A DNA stretch of 24,000 nucleotides from Martelella alba (lineage in GTDB: Bacteria; Pseudomonadota; Gammaproteobacteria; Enterobacterales; Enterobacteriaceae): the NCBI RefSeq assembly GCF_005217455.1, contig NZ_SZPQ01000027.1, forward strand, positions 31,932 to 55,931. Direction: 5' to 3'. The notes beneath the pieces are model-generated. The model did no database searches. It worked only from the letters and a program-made list of their open reading frames with translations, and was not told where the DNA came from. Each line of letters starts with the position of its first letter. Position 1 is the first letter of the stretch. This document shows, one piece after another, positions 8,290-15,989 of the stretch. The translations under genes and the position numbers were made by a program.

Positions 8290-8644
8290 AAAAAATCGCC
8301 AATGATTGGGAAATATCCTAAGATCGCGTAGACAAGGCTTATGGTTGAAATCATCAGCGCAATTTGATTGACGAAACCAGCGAATCAGACCGAAAATCCG
8401 GGATAAAGCGCCATGTTATTTCGCCACACGGGGGCAGGGAAGGATGCCGCCCCGCGAGCGCCAGACGAATTCGCGCCGGCTGACATATTTTTGACATCCG
8501 CGCGGTGCAAAAAGGACAGGGCGACGGATCAATTGGATAATGCCATGTGCCGATGGTTTCGCCAGCAGTTAACCCTGGCGGCAAGCGCGGTCATCATCAC
8601 GCGGCTGAAGGTAAACTGCGAACGGCCGGAATGTCGGGGGAATT

Positions 8645-9238
8645 ATGCCTGAATGGACTGCACCGGGGTGGCTGATGCCCGCCATTTCCAACTATGGCTA
8701 TGCCGCGCTCTTTTTGGCCGCGTTGGTTGAAGGGCCAATCGCGACCGTATTGGGCGCGATGCTGGCGTCCCAGGGACTGTTGCATGTCGGCGGCGTTTAC
8801 ACGGTGGCCGTGGCCGGCGACCTGACCGGGGATATTATCCTCTATGGACTGGGAATGAGCGGCCGTGTCACGGTATCGCCCTTGAACCGCCGTTTCAAAC
8901 GGATGGGCGGTCGACAATTCGGGGCGCTGATGACGCGCTTTCGCCGCTATCCGGGACGGGTGCTGGTGACCGCGAAGCTAACGCATGCGGCGGGCTTCGT
9001 GGTGCTGTTCGGCGCAGGCGTGGCCAGAATACCGTTGCGGTTGTTCATCGGGTTTAATTTGCTGGCGACCTTGCCGAAATCCGGCGTGCTGGTGTTGGTG
9101 GGATACTTCGCCGGTGCCGCTTGGCATCGGGTTAATGCCTGGTTGTGGGTATTTTCCTGTTCGCTGTTGCTGGCGCTGGGCGTCGCGCTGGTGATCTGCT
9201 TGCGAAAAGTGACCGGATCGGTGCTGTCGGGGAGGTGA
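8645..9238 (+). CDS. DedA/VTT-domain family inner-membrane protein
   Basis: 197 aa, polytopic. The N-terminal motif YGYAALFLAALVEGPIATVLGAMLA and the GDLTGDIILYGLG loop are typical of DedA/SNARE-associated proteins. A GGGGGA SD lies upstream. Confidence 0.8.
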   Translation: MPEWTAPGWLMPAISNYGYAALFLAALVEGPIATVLGAMLASQGLLHVGGVYTVAVAGDLTGDIILYGLGMSGRVTVSPLNRRFKRMGGRQFGALMTRFRRYPGRVLVTAKLTHAAGFVVLFGAGVARIPLRLFIGFNLLATLPKSGVLVLVGYFAGAAWHRVNAWLWVFSCSLLLALGVALVICLRKVTGSVLSGR

Positions 9239-9242
9239 ACAG

Positions 9243-10457
9243 GTGCGTATCGCCGTATTTACCGATAGCTTCTTCCCCGAACTGGGCGGCATCCAGGATT
9301 CGGTCTTGTGCAGTTGCCGCGAATTGGGCAAGCGGGGCCATGAGATATTGCTTTTCGCGCCGCGCGCCACCGCTCATGATTATAGGGTCGCCGGCCTGCC
9401 CGAACGGGAAGTGGATGCGGGGCGCGCCGTCGAAATCCGCCGGCTGCTTTCCCTGCCGGTCCCCAGCTCCACCGGCCAATCCCGTCTGTTAGTGCCCACC
9501 GGACGCCGCTGGCGGCAGTTGCGCGCCTTCGCGCCGGATGTCATTCATGCCCATACCTTTCTCGGCGCAGGCCTGGAGGCGCTGCATGCGTCGCGTCGCC
9601 TGGCCGTGCCTCTTGTCGGTACCAACCATTGGGCCATCGGCGAGTTTTACGGCTACACGCCATTTTCGGCGGCCTTTTTTCGCAAAATCAGCGTTCGGGC
9701 CGTCACCGCCTTTTATAATCGCTGCGCCATGGTCACCGGCCCCTCACACTCCGTTATCGACGAAATGTGCGCCTTCGGCCTGCGACGTCCCCATAGCGTG
9801 GTATCCAATCCGGTGGATACGCTACGGTTCTGTCCCCTGTCCGAGTCCGATCGCGCCCTGTTAAAGCGAAAAAAGGGTTTCAGCCCATCCACTATTGTTT
9901 ATGCCGGCCGGTTAGCGGACGAGAAAAAAATCGATGTCCTGATCCGCGCCTTGCCGCGCGTTATCGACCAGGTGCCCGACGCCATGCTGGCGCTGGCCGG
10001 ACACGGCTCCGCACATCGCCGTCTGGAACAGTTGGCGAGGCAGCTGGGGGTTAGCGAACGGGTCAGGTTCCTCGGCACGCTGGACAAGGCCGCGCTGGCC
10101 GATGTGTTTCATGCGGCGGATATCTTCGCCAACGCCAGCACATCTGAAACACAAAGTATGGTATTGATGCAGGCCATGAGCGCGGGGTTGCCCGCGGTCG
10201 GCGCTCGCTGGCGCGCCTTGCCGGAATACATCGACGGGCAATCGGGGTTGTTGGCCGAACCGGGAGATGATGCGGATTTCGCCCGCAAGCTGACGCAATT
10301 GCTGTGCAACCCGACATTGCGCAAGCAGATGGGCGAGCATGCCGCCAGCAAAACCCAGCTTTTTTCAATTGCCACCGTGACCAGCCGCTGGGAAGAGCTG
10401 TACGACCAAATCCGTCTGGCCGTACCGGAGGAAGTGTCACGCATTTCAGGAGCGTAA
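9243..10457 (+). CDS. Glycosyltransferase family 4 (GT-B), resembling diacylglycerol/lipid glycosyltransferases
   Basis: GTG start, 7 nt after a GGGGAGG SD that overlaps the DedA stop. The N-terminus MRIAVFTDSFFPELGGIQDSV is typical of GT4 lipid glycosyltransferases. The C-terminal sugar-nucleotide motif is STSETQSMVLMQAMSAGLPAV (E-x7-E region). Confidence 0.85.
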   Translation: MRIAVFTDSFFPELGGIQDSVLCSCRELGKRGHEILLFAPRATAHDYRVAGLPEREVDAGRAVEIRRLLSLPVPSSTGQSRLLVPTGRRWRQLRAFAPDVIHAHTFLGAGLEALHASRRLAVPLVGTNHWAIGEFYGYTPFSAAFFRKISVRAVTAFYNRCAMVTGPSHSVIDEMCAFGLRRPHSVVSNPVDTLRFCPLSESDRALLKRKKGFSPSTIVYAGRLADEKKIDVLIRALPRVIDQVPDAMLALAGHGSAHRRLEQLARQLGVSERVRFLGTLDKAALADVFHAADIFANASTSETQSMVLMQAMSAGLPAVGARWRALPEYIDGQSGLLAEPGDDADFARKLTQLLCNPTLRKQMGEHAASKTQLFSIATVTSRWEELYDQIRLAVPEEVSRISGA

Positions 10458-11185
10458 TGGTGAAACTCAGCTTGATCATCCCGGCCTATAATGAGGAATC
10501 CTACCTCGCCGAGTGCCTTCGGCATGCCATTAAGGATTTATCGGCCCATGCCGCGCCCGGCGAATATGAAATTATCGTCGTCAATAACGCCAGTACCGAT
10601 CAAACCCCGACGGTCGCCGCCGGTTTTGCCCAGGTACGACTGGTGTATGCGCCGGTCAAGGGCCTGACGCATGCCCGGCAGAAAGGACTGGAATCCGCCG
10701 CCGGGGATATCCTGGCCTTTATTGACGCCGATACCCGCATGCCCACCGGCTGGGTGGGCAAAGTGCTCGCGGCCTATGAAGAAAACGCCGAGCTGGTATG
10801 CGTCAGCGGCCCGTACCGCTACCACGACCTGCCCTGGCTAAAAAGGGCCATGGTAAAACTTTACTGGTGGGCCCTGGCCAAACCGACATATTGGTTTACC
10901 GGCTATATGGCGGTGGGGGGGAATTTCGCCGCGAGTAAACGGGCCTTGCTGCGCATCGGCGGGTTCGATACGTCCATTGCGTTTTACGGCGAGGATACCA
11001 ATATCGCCCGTCGTCTGGCCGGCGAGGGAAAAGTGCGGTTCGATCTGGATATGGTGATGGAAACATCGGCGCGTCGCCTGAAAGAAGAAGGCTTTACTAC
11101 CACGGCGGTGCGTTATGTTATTAATTTCCTGTCGGAGGTGTTACTGAAAAAACCCGCCACGTCGGAATACCGGGATATACGTTAG
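10457..11185 (+). CDS. Glycosyltransferase family 2 (GT-A), soluble
   Basis: 242 aa from the ATG at 10457, which overlaps the GT4 stop (TAATG). Motifs: LSLIIPAYNEE, IIVVNNASTD and the DxD motif FIDADT. The ORF-track start at 10304 lies inside the GT4 gene and is unlikely. Confidence 0.85.
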   Translation: MVKLSLIIPAYNEESYLAECLRHAIKDLSAHAAPGEYEIIVVNNASTDQTPTVAAGFAQVRLVYAPVKGLTHARQKGLESAAGDILAFIDADTRMPTGWVGKVLAAYEENAELVCVSGPYRYHDLPWLKRAMVKLYWWALAKPTYWFTGYMAVGGNFAASKRALLRIGGFDTSIAFYGEDTNIARRLAGEGKVRFDLDMVMETSARRLKEEGFTTTAVRYVINFLSEVLLKKPATSEYRDIR

Positions 11186-11207
11186 CGGACGGACTGATAC
11201 GATGAGG

Positions 11208-11384
11208 GCTTTATACCCGCCAGAGGTCAAGTTGCCTTTGTGTTCGCTGCATAGGCCCGCCCCGGTCATAGAGCCGTCTATGCGCATGGGGGGCATAGCA
11301 GCGCCCCGTTGTTTCACCGGAAGCCCTCCATAGACGGTTTACATGCATTGCCGACGAATTTGCCGGGGCGCTGCGGCATAAAGC
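11208..11384. repeat. Imperfect palindromic intergenic repeat with ERIC-like termini
   Basis: The terminal inverted repeats are gctttatacccgcc... and ...ggcataaagc. The left end tatacccgccagaggtcaagttgcc matches the ERIC end tatactcgtcatacttcacgttgcc (21567 end) at 18 of 25 positions. There is an internal inverted repeat ccgtctatg / catagacgg. Confidence 0.45.
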
Positions 11385-11439
11385 ATTAAGGGTGTCGAGA
11401 GAGCCATGCTAGCGGAATGGCTAAATTCTCGGTTGCGTT

Positions 11440-11484
11440 CAACACAAAACAACTCCCATCATACCATGGGAATTGTTATTGTTG
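11440..11484 (-). terminator. Long imperfect stem-loop just downstream of the chimeric bglG-like ORF
   Basis: The arms are caacacaaaacaactcccat and atgggaattgttattgttg, about 19 bp with one bulge and two mismatches, around a 6-nt loop. There is no clean U-tract, so its role (terminator or RNA stabiliser) is uncertain. Confidence 0.35.
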
Positions 11485-11507
11485 TGGAGCCGATGGATTC
11501 TTCACGC

Positions 11508-12521
11508 TTATTTAGTCAAAGAAAATGTCGTCGACGGGCTGGCTTTCCAACCATAACGGACCGCTTTAGCGTAAAGCGTCGCAGCATCCGATTTGGGGGT
11601 AAAACTTCCGGCATAAATTGTCCAGTTATTGTTATCATAACTATAGGCCACGGAAGCACCTTGTGTCCTATTGGCAATAAATATTTGGCCTGAAAGATCG
11701 TCTTTTTCGACAACGGGTGACAGGGTTGTTTTCTGTGAGCCGTCCGCAGCCAGGAGATCCTTTCGCATGACTGCCTCAGGAACCAAACTCATATCATTAC
11801 CCTGATTGCGCCAGATATAAAGCTGGTCTCGATCGTGTAAAGACGTATCATCGCTATGCACGCCATTTTTGCCGAGCATTCGCTGTGCGAAGAATTTTAA
11901 ATGCGTTATAAACCTATGATAACTAAGAGTATCTTCCTTTAACTCCAACTGTAGTTGATATTTGACGATATGAAGGATTTCATGCATCACCTTGGTGATA
12001 CTCATTACCTCCGGTATCTCGCTATTGAGTTGGGCATTCACCAAATGCAGAGCAATAAATCCCGCCTCATCCTCAGGTAAGGTGACCTGTAATTGCTCCG
12101 CAATCATTTTGAGCGCTTCCATGCCGATGGCGTACTCACTGGGATAAAGCCATTTAATGTCCCAAAGCAGCGCATTATAGATATCCAGCCCTTGTTTATG
12201 CCGCTCAATGGCAAAATGGCAGTGGTCGGTCAATGCAATAAACAGTCCTTCATTAAGTTTACCGGGTAGGACTTTTTGTGCCAGAGTGATGATTTGTGAT
12301 GAAAGCGTAACCACGTCCAACGGAATCTCCGCCAGCAACTCGCTCAATCGCTTGCTTAAGATCCCGTTTTGCAATGAAAATGTTTTTTCTATCGATATCG
12401 GATCCAGCGTGTCGCCGACACGTTTTTTAAAGGCGAGTCCGCGTCCCATCACCACGCTTTCCCGACCTTGTTCGTCGAATACGATCGCCACATTGTTATT
12501 TAATATCTTCGCGAGTTTCAT
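11508..12521 (-). CDS. bglG: BglG/SacY-family transcription antiterminator, C-terminally truncated and fused to about 105 unrelated residues (probable gene remnant or chimera)
   Basis: Residues 1 to about 232 are colinear with E. coli BglG. The CAT domain is KILNNNVAIV...VVMGRGLAFKKR, PRD1 is LTDHCHFAIERH...FIALHLVNAQ, and the start of PRD2 is LSYHRFITHLKFFAQR. Similarity stops after ...DDTSLHD (about 11825). The tail (…SVAYSYDNNNWTIYAGSFTPKS…) is beta-rich and unrecognised. The whole locus is AT-rich. Confidence 0.7.
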   Translation of the reverse strand: MKLAKILNNNVAIVFDEQGRESVVMGRGLAFKKRVGDTLDPISIEKTFSLQNGILSKRLSELLAEIPLDVVTLSSQIITLAQKVLPGKLNEGLFIALTDHCHFAIERHKQGLDIYNALLWDIKWLYPSEYAIGMEALKMIAEQLQVTLPEDEAGFIALHLVNAQLNSEIPEVMSITKVMHEILHIVKYQLQLELKEDTLSYHRFITHLKFFAQRMLGKNGVHSDDTSLHDRDQLYIWRNQGNDMSLVPEAVMRKDLLAADGSQKTTLSPVVEKDDLSGQIFIANRTQGASVAYSYDNNNWTIYAGSFTPKSDAATLYAKAVRYGWKASPSTTFSLTK

Positions 12522-12547
12522 GACGAACCCTACTTATATCGGCATAT

Positions 12548-12583
12548 AAAAAAACCCGACTTCCGATATGATCAGAAATCAGG
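12548..12583 (-). terminator. Rho-independent terminator of the bgl-type leader (overlaps the RAT)
   Basis: On the minus strand the sequence is CCUGAUUUC-ugaucauaucg-GAAGUCGGG followed by UUUUUUU. That is a 9-bp stem (two G-U pairs) plus a 7-U tract. The 5' arm is shared with the 3' end of the RAT. Confidence 0.8.
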
Positions 12584-12610
12584 TTTTGCCTGCATGAGCA
12601 GTAACAATCC
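12579..12610 (-). promoter_or_regulatory. RAT (ribonucleic antiterminator) element bound by BglG-family proteins
   Basis: The minus strand reads GGATTGTTACTGCTCATGCAGGCAAAACCTGA. From memory, this is almost identical to the E. coli bgl RAT GGATTGTTACTGCATTCGCAGGCAAAACCTGA. Confidence 0.85.
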
Positions 12611-12633
12611 TTAAGTATTATGCATATTATCAA

Positions 12634-12657
12634 TTTGCCTTGCCGTGACAAGGCAAA
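12634..12657. promoter_or_regulatory. Perfect 9-bp inverted repeat TTTGCCTTG-N6-CAAGGCAAA in the bgl-like promoter region
   Basis: The arms are exact reverse complements. The repeat overlaps a candidate minus-strand -35 (TTGTCA), with TAATAT 16 nt downstream. It could be an operator or an RNA/DNA hairpin. Confidence 0.35.
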
Positions 12658-12806
12658 GACAAAAAAATTGTGATGATGATCTAATTAATAGAAGGCTTAT
12701 GGCGTTTGCCGGGTAGCACTTATACCATGATAATCTCACTACTTTACCCCTATCCCGCGGGAACTTACTGTTACTCAGAACTGCAACGCATGAGGAGAGA
12801 GTAGCT

Positions 12807-13691
12807 ATGCGAGTCTTTGTTACTGGCGCCAGCGGCTTTATTGGTATGGCGGTCGTAGAAGAATTGCTGTCGGCCGGCCATCAGGTGATCGGGTTGTGCC
12901 GTTCGGCTGAAAAAGCGCCGCAACTGGCCGCGGCGGGGGCCGAGGTTTGCCGGGGAACGGTTGAGGACGAGAGGGTGTTGAAAAGCGCGGTCGCCCGGGC
13001 AGACGGCGTGATTCATCTGGCTTTTAATCATGATTTTTCCCAATTCGTCGCCAATTGCGCCGCGGATCGCCAGGTTATCGGCATGCTTGGCGCCGCGTTG
13101 GCCGGCTCTGATCGGCCATTGATCATCACATCGGGTACCGCCATCGTCAACATGCCCCCGGGACAACTGGCGACGGAGGACGGCGAGGTCATGGGTTCCG
13201 CGCAGTCTCCCCGCGCGGCATCGGAGGAGGCCGCCGTCGCCGCGCAGACGGGCGGAGTGAATGTCTCGGTGATGCGGCTGCCGCAAGTGCATGACACGCA
13301 GCGTTGCGGTCTCATCACCTATGCCATTGAGATCGCCCGCGCGAAAGGCACATCCGCGTATATTGGCGATGGTTCGGCCCGCTGGCCCGCCGGCCATGTG
13401 CGGGACGTCGCCCGTCTTTACCGGCTGGCGCTTGAAAAAGCCCGGCCGGGCGCGAAATATCATGCGGTGGCGGAGACGGGTATCGCCATGCGCGATATTG
13501 CGGCGGTGATCGGCCGGCGTTTGCAATTACCGGTCGCTTCCATCACCAGGGAGCAGGCCGAAGCGCATTTCGGCTGGTTATCGGGTTTCGCGCTTCGCGA
13601 CATGCCGGCATCGGGGGCGCAAACGCAGCAGCGGCTCGGCTGGATGCCCACCGGCCCGGGACTGCTTGCCGACCTCGAACAATTAGCCTAG
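12807..13691 (+). CDS. NAD(P)-binding atypical SDR family oxidoreductase (NmrA/epimerase-like)
   Basis: 294 aa with the Rossmann motif MRVFVTGASGFIGMAVVEELL at the N-terminus. A GAGGAGAG SD lies upstream. Confidence 0.85.
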   Translation: MRVFVTGASGFIGMAVVEELLSAGHQVIGLCRSAEKAPQLAAAGAEVCRGTVEDERVLKSAVARADGVIHLAFNHDFSQFVANCAADRQVIGMLGAALAGSDRPLIITSGTAIVNMPPGQLATEDGEVMGSAQSPRAASEEAAVAAQTGGVNVSVMRLPQVHDTQRCGLITYAIEIARAKGTSAYIGDGSARWPAGHVRDVARLYRLALEKARPGAKYHAVAETGIAMRDIAAVIGRRLQLPVASITREQAEAHFGWLSGFALRDMPASGAQTQQRLGWMPTGPGLLADLEQLA

Positions 13692-13773
13692 TTTCGCCTC
13701 GCGCGGGTGACACTCGCCGGCGCGCCCCGCATTGCCGTGCGCGACACTGCAATATCCCCGTCTTTCAGGGAGG

Positions 13774-14628
13774 TCAATGCGGGGCCTCATCGAACAACTC
13801 GACAAACGGCAGAATGACCGGCGCGTCGGCGCCGGCGTGGCGATAGAGCAGCCAGGTGCGGTTTTTGACCGGCTGCCCCTCGAAGTCCAGGGGAATACAA
13901 GACAGCCGTTCGTCCAGGGCCAGATAGCTGGAAACAATGGCATAACCCAGACCGTGCGTCACCATCGCCAGGCACACCTCTAATTTGTCCACTGTCATCG
14001 CCACATTGGGGGGGCGGGAATAATTGGCGTTCCACCAGCGTTCAAGCAACTGGGCGATGTGCGGGCCATGACTGATGCGGATTTGCGGCAAATAAGGCAA
14101 ACGGGCGAGATCGAGGGGCTGACGGCTGACCAAATAATAATTGTCTTCGTCCACAAGCAGCTTGCCCTCGCGCCAGCCGAAATGATCTTTGACTATCGCC
14201 AGATGCACCGTTTCGCGCTGCAGCCGTTGAAACATATCTTCGCTGTAGCCGCTGACCAGATTAATGCTGATACCAGGGTGGCGCTGGCTGAACAGCGCCA
14301 ATTTATCGGGGAGGCGATAGGCGGCATAATTGCTTGAGACGCCGATTTTCAATTCGCCCCTTTGCGGTTTATCCATATTGAGCAAGGTCTGCTTAAGTGA
14401 CTGATAGTCGTTAAGCATACTTTCCGCCCGCTGGGCCAGATAACGTCCCTGGGCGCTAAATACCAGGCCCCGCGCGCTTTCCTCAAATAGCCGGATACCG
14501 AGCTTCCGTTCGATTTGCCGCAGGCGGTAACTGAGCGCCGGCTGGGAGGTATACAGTTGCTCGGCGGCACGGGTGATGTTTTTTTTCAGCCACACGGTGC
14601 GAACTATCAGCCAGTCTTTTTCATTCAT
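13774..14628 (-). CDS. LysR-family transcriptional regulator
   Basis: The N-terminal wHTH is NITRAAEQLYTSQPALSYRLRQIERKLGIRLFE, followed by a typical LTTR effector domain. It is divergent from the M20 operon. The start could be 14628 (MNEKDW) or the ORF-track 14658. Confidence 0.9.
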   Translation of the reverse strand: MNEKDWLIVRTVWLKKNITRAAEQLYTSQPALSYRLRQIERKLGIRLFEESARGLVFSAQGRYLAQRAESMLNDYQSLKQTLLNMDKPQRGELKIGVSSNYAAYRLPDKLALFSQRHPGISINLVSGYSEDMFQRLQRETVHLAIVKDHFGWREGKLLVDEDNYYLVSRQPLDLARLPYLPQIRISHGPHIAQLLERWWNANYSRPPNVAMTVDKLEVCLAMVTHGLGYAIVSSYLALDERLSCIPLDFEGQPVKNRTWLLYRHAGADAPVILPFVELFDEAPH

Positions 14629-14683
14629 GGTTGTTGATAACCCCTTGTTTTCCCACATCCATAAAATAATTTTTGCATAAATG

Positions 14684-14708
14684 AATCAAGCGATAAAAAA
14701 GCTTGATT
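14684..14708. promoter_or_regulatory. Candidate LTTR binding site: AATCAAGC-N9-GCTTGATT
   Basis: This is a perfect 8-bp inverted repeat in the AT-rich divergent intergenic region. It contains an ATC-N(n)-GAT / T-N11-A type core. Its centre is about 68 bp from the LysR ATG and about 94 bp from the M20 ATG. Confidence 0.45.
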
Positions 14709-14789
14709 TCAATGATGGGTAAAAAAGTTTTATATGTAGTTAACCTATTAATTTAATGTGAATAATTGCACTATTTTGGGGAGGCGCTC

Positions 14790-15989
14790 ATGGCGTCCCG
14801 CACCATGGCTGAACATAAAGATAAAATTATTTTTGCTGTTGACGCGCTACGTCCGTCGATGGAGCGGCTGGCGTTAAACATCCATGCCCGACCGGAGCTG
14901 AGTTTTCATGAACGGCAGGCGGCAAGCGCTCTGCTGGCGCCGCTGCGCGAAGCGGGTTTCACCGTGACGGAGGGGGTGGCCGGGCTGTCCACCGCATTTC
15001 GCGCCGTTTGGAACAGCGGCAGACCCGGCCCGCGCATCGCCCTGCTGGCGGAATATGATGCCCTGCCGGAATTGGGACACGCCTGCGGCCACAACCTGAT
15101 CGGCACCGCATCCGTGGCCGCCGCTCTGGCGCTACGCCGAGCCTACGGGGAGATGCCGGGACGTCTGGACGTGATCGGCACGCCGGCGGAGGAAGAAGGG
15201 GGCGGCAAGATCATCATGGCCGATAACGGCGTTTTCGACGATGTCGACGCGGCGATGATGTTTCATCCGCGCGAGAAAAATATGGTGACCCGCGGCGCGC
15301 TGGCCTGCGTGGACGCGGTGTTCAAGTTTCATGGCAAGGCCTCACACGCCGCATCCGCGCCCCAGTTGGGCGTCAGTGCGCTGGACGCGGTTATCCAAAC
15401 CTTCGTCGGCATCAATGCATTGCGCCAGTTTTTCACCGACGACGTGCGGGTACATGGCATCATTACCCATGGCGGCAGCGCCACCAATATCGTGCCGGCC
15501 TACGCCGAAGCCAAATTTCTGATGCGCGCCGGCACAGTGGGCGATTTGCAAACCGTGCGCCGCAAGGTCTTCGCTGCCGCCCGGGCCGCCGCGGACATGA
15601 GCGGGGCGCGGCTCGAAATCGAAGAGGGGTTAACGTATGCCGAGCGCAATACCAACCTGGCGCTGGCGGCGGGGTTCGCCCGAAATTTGACGCTGCTGGG
15701 ATTACCTGTCGACGAACCGCCGCAAAAAGGCGGGGTGGGATCATCGGATATCGGTAACGTCAGTCAGGTGACGGCCACTATTCATCCTTACTTGCGTATC
15801 GGCGACGTGACGCCGCACACGCCGGAGTTCGCCGCCGCCGCCGCCGCTCCGGCCGGGCTTGAGGCCATGCTGAACGGGGCGAAAGCATTGGCGATGACCG
15901 CTTATGATTTGTTTGCCGACCCGGTATTTTTCCAGGAAGTCCGCGACGAATTTACGCAATGGCAAATTAACTCCGGAAGATCACAATGA
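14790..15989 (+). CDS. M20 family amidohydrolase/peptidase (AbgB/AmhX-like M20D)
   Basis: 399 aa from the ATG at 14790 (GGGGAGG SD). Motifs: IALLAEYDALPELGHACGHNLIG, GTPAEEEGGGK, GVFDDVDAAMMFHP, FHGKASHAASAPQLGVSALDA. No signal peptide. Confidence 0.85.
   Translation: MASRTMAEHKDKIIFAVDALRPSMERLALNIHARPELSFHERQAASALLAPLREAGFTVTEGVAGLSTAFRAVWNSGRPGPRIALLAEYDALPELGHACGHNLIGTASVAAALALRRAYGEMPGRLDVIGTPAEEEGGGKIIMADNGVFDDVDAAMMFHPREKNMVTRGALACVDAVFKFHGKASHAASAPQLGVSALDAVIQTFVGINALRQFFTDDVRVHGIITHGGSATNIVPAYAEAKFLMRAGTVGDLQTVRRKVFAAARAAADMSGARLEIEEGLTYAERNTNLALAAGFARNLTLLGLPVDEPPQKGGVGSSDIGNVSQVTATIHPYLRIGDVTPHTPEFAAAAAAPAGLEAMLNGAKALAMTAYDLFADPVFFQEVRDEFTQWQINSGRSQ

Noticed and set aside
8290-8644. 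The 355-bp gap upstream of the DedA gene, with ORFs at 8354-8584 (minus) and 8413-8652 (plus). I looked for a riboswitch, PhoP/PmrA boxes or an sRNA terminator.
   Set aside because: I found no convincing PhoP (TGTTTA-N5-TGTTTA) or PmrA (CTTAAT-N5-CTTAAT) direct repeats, no hairpin with a U-tract and no known riboswitch core. The ORFs lack motifs and SDs. The region remains unexplained but has nothing supportable.
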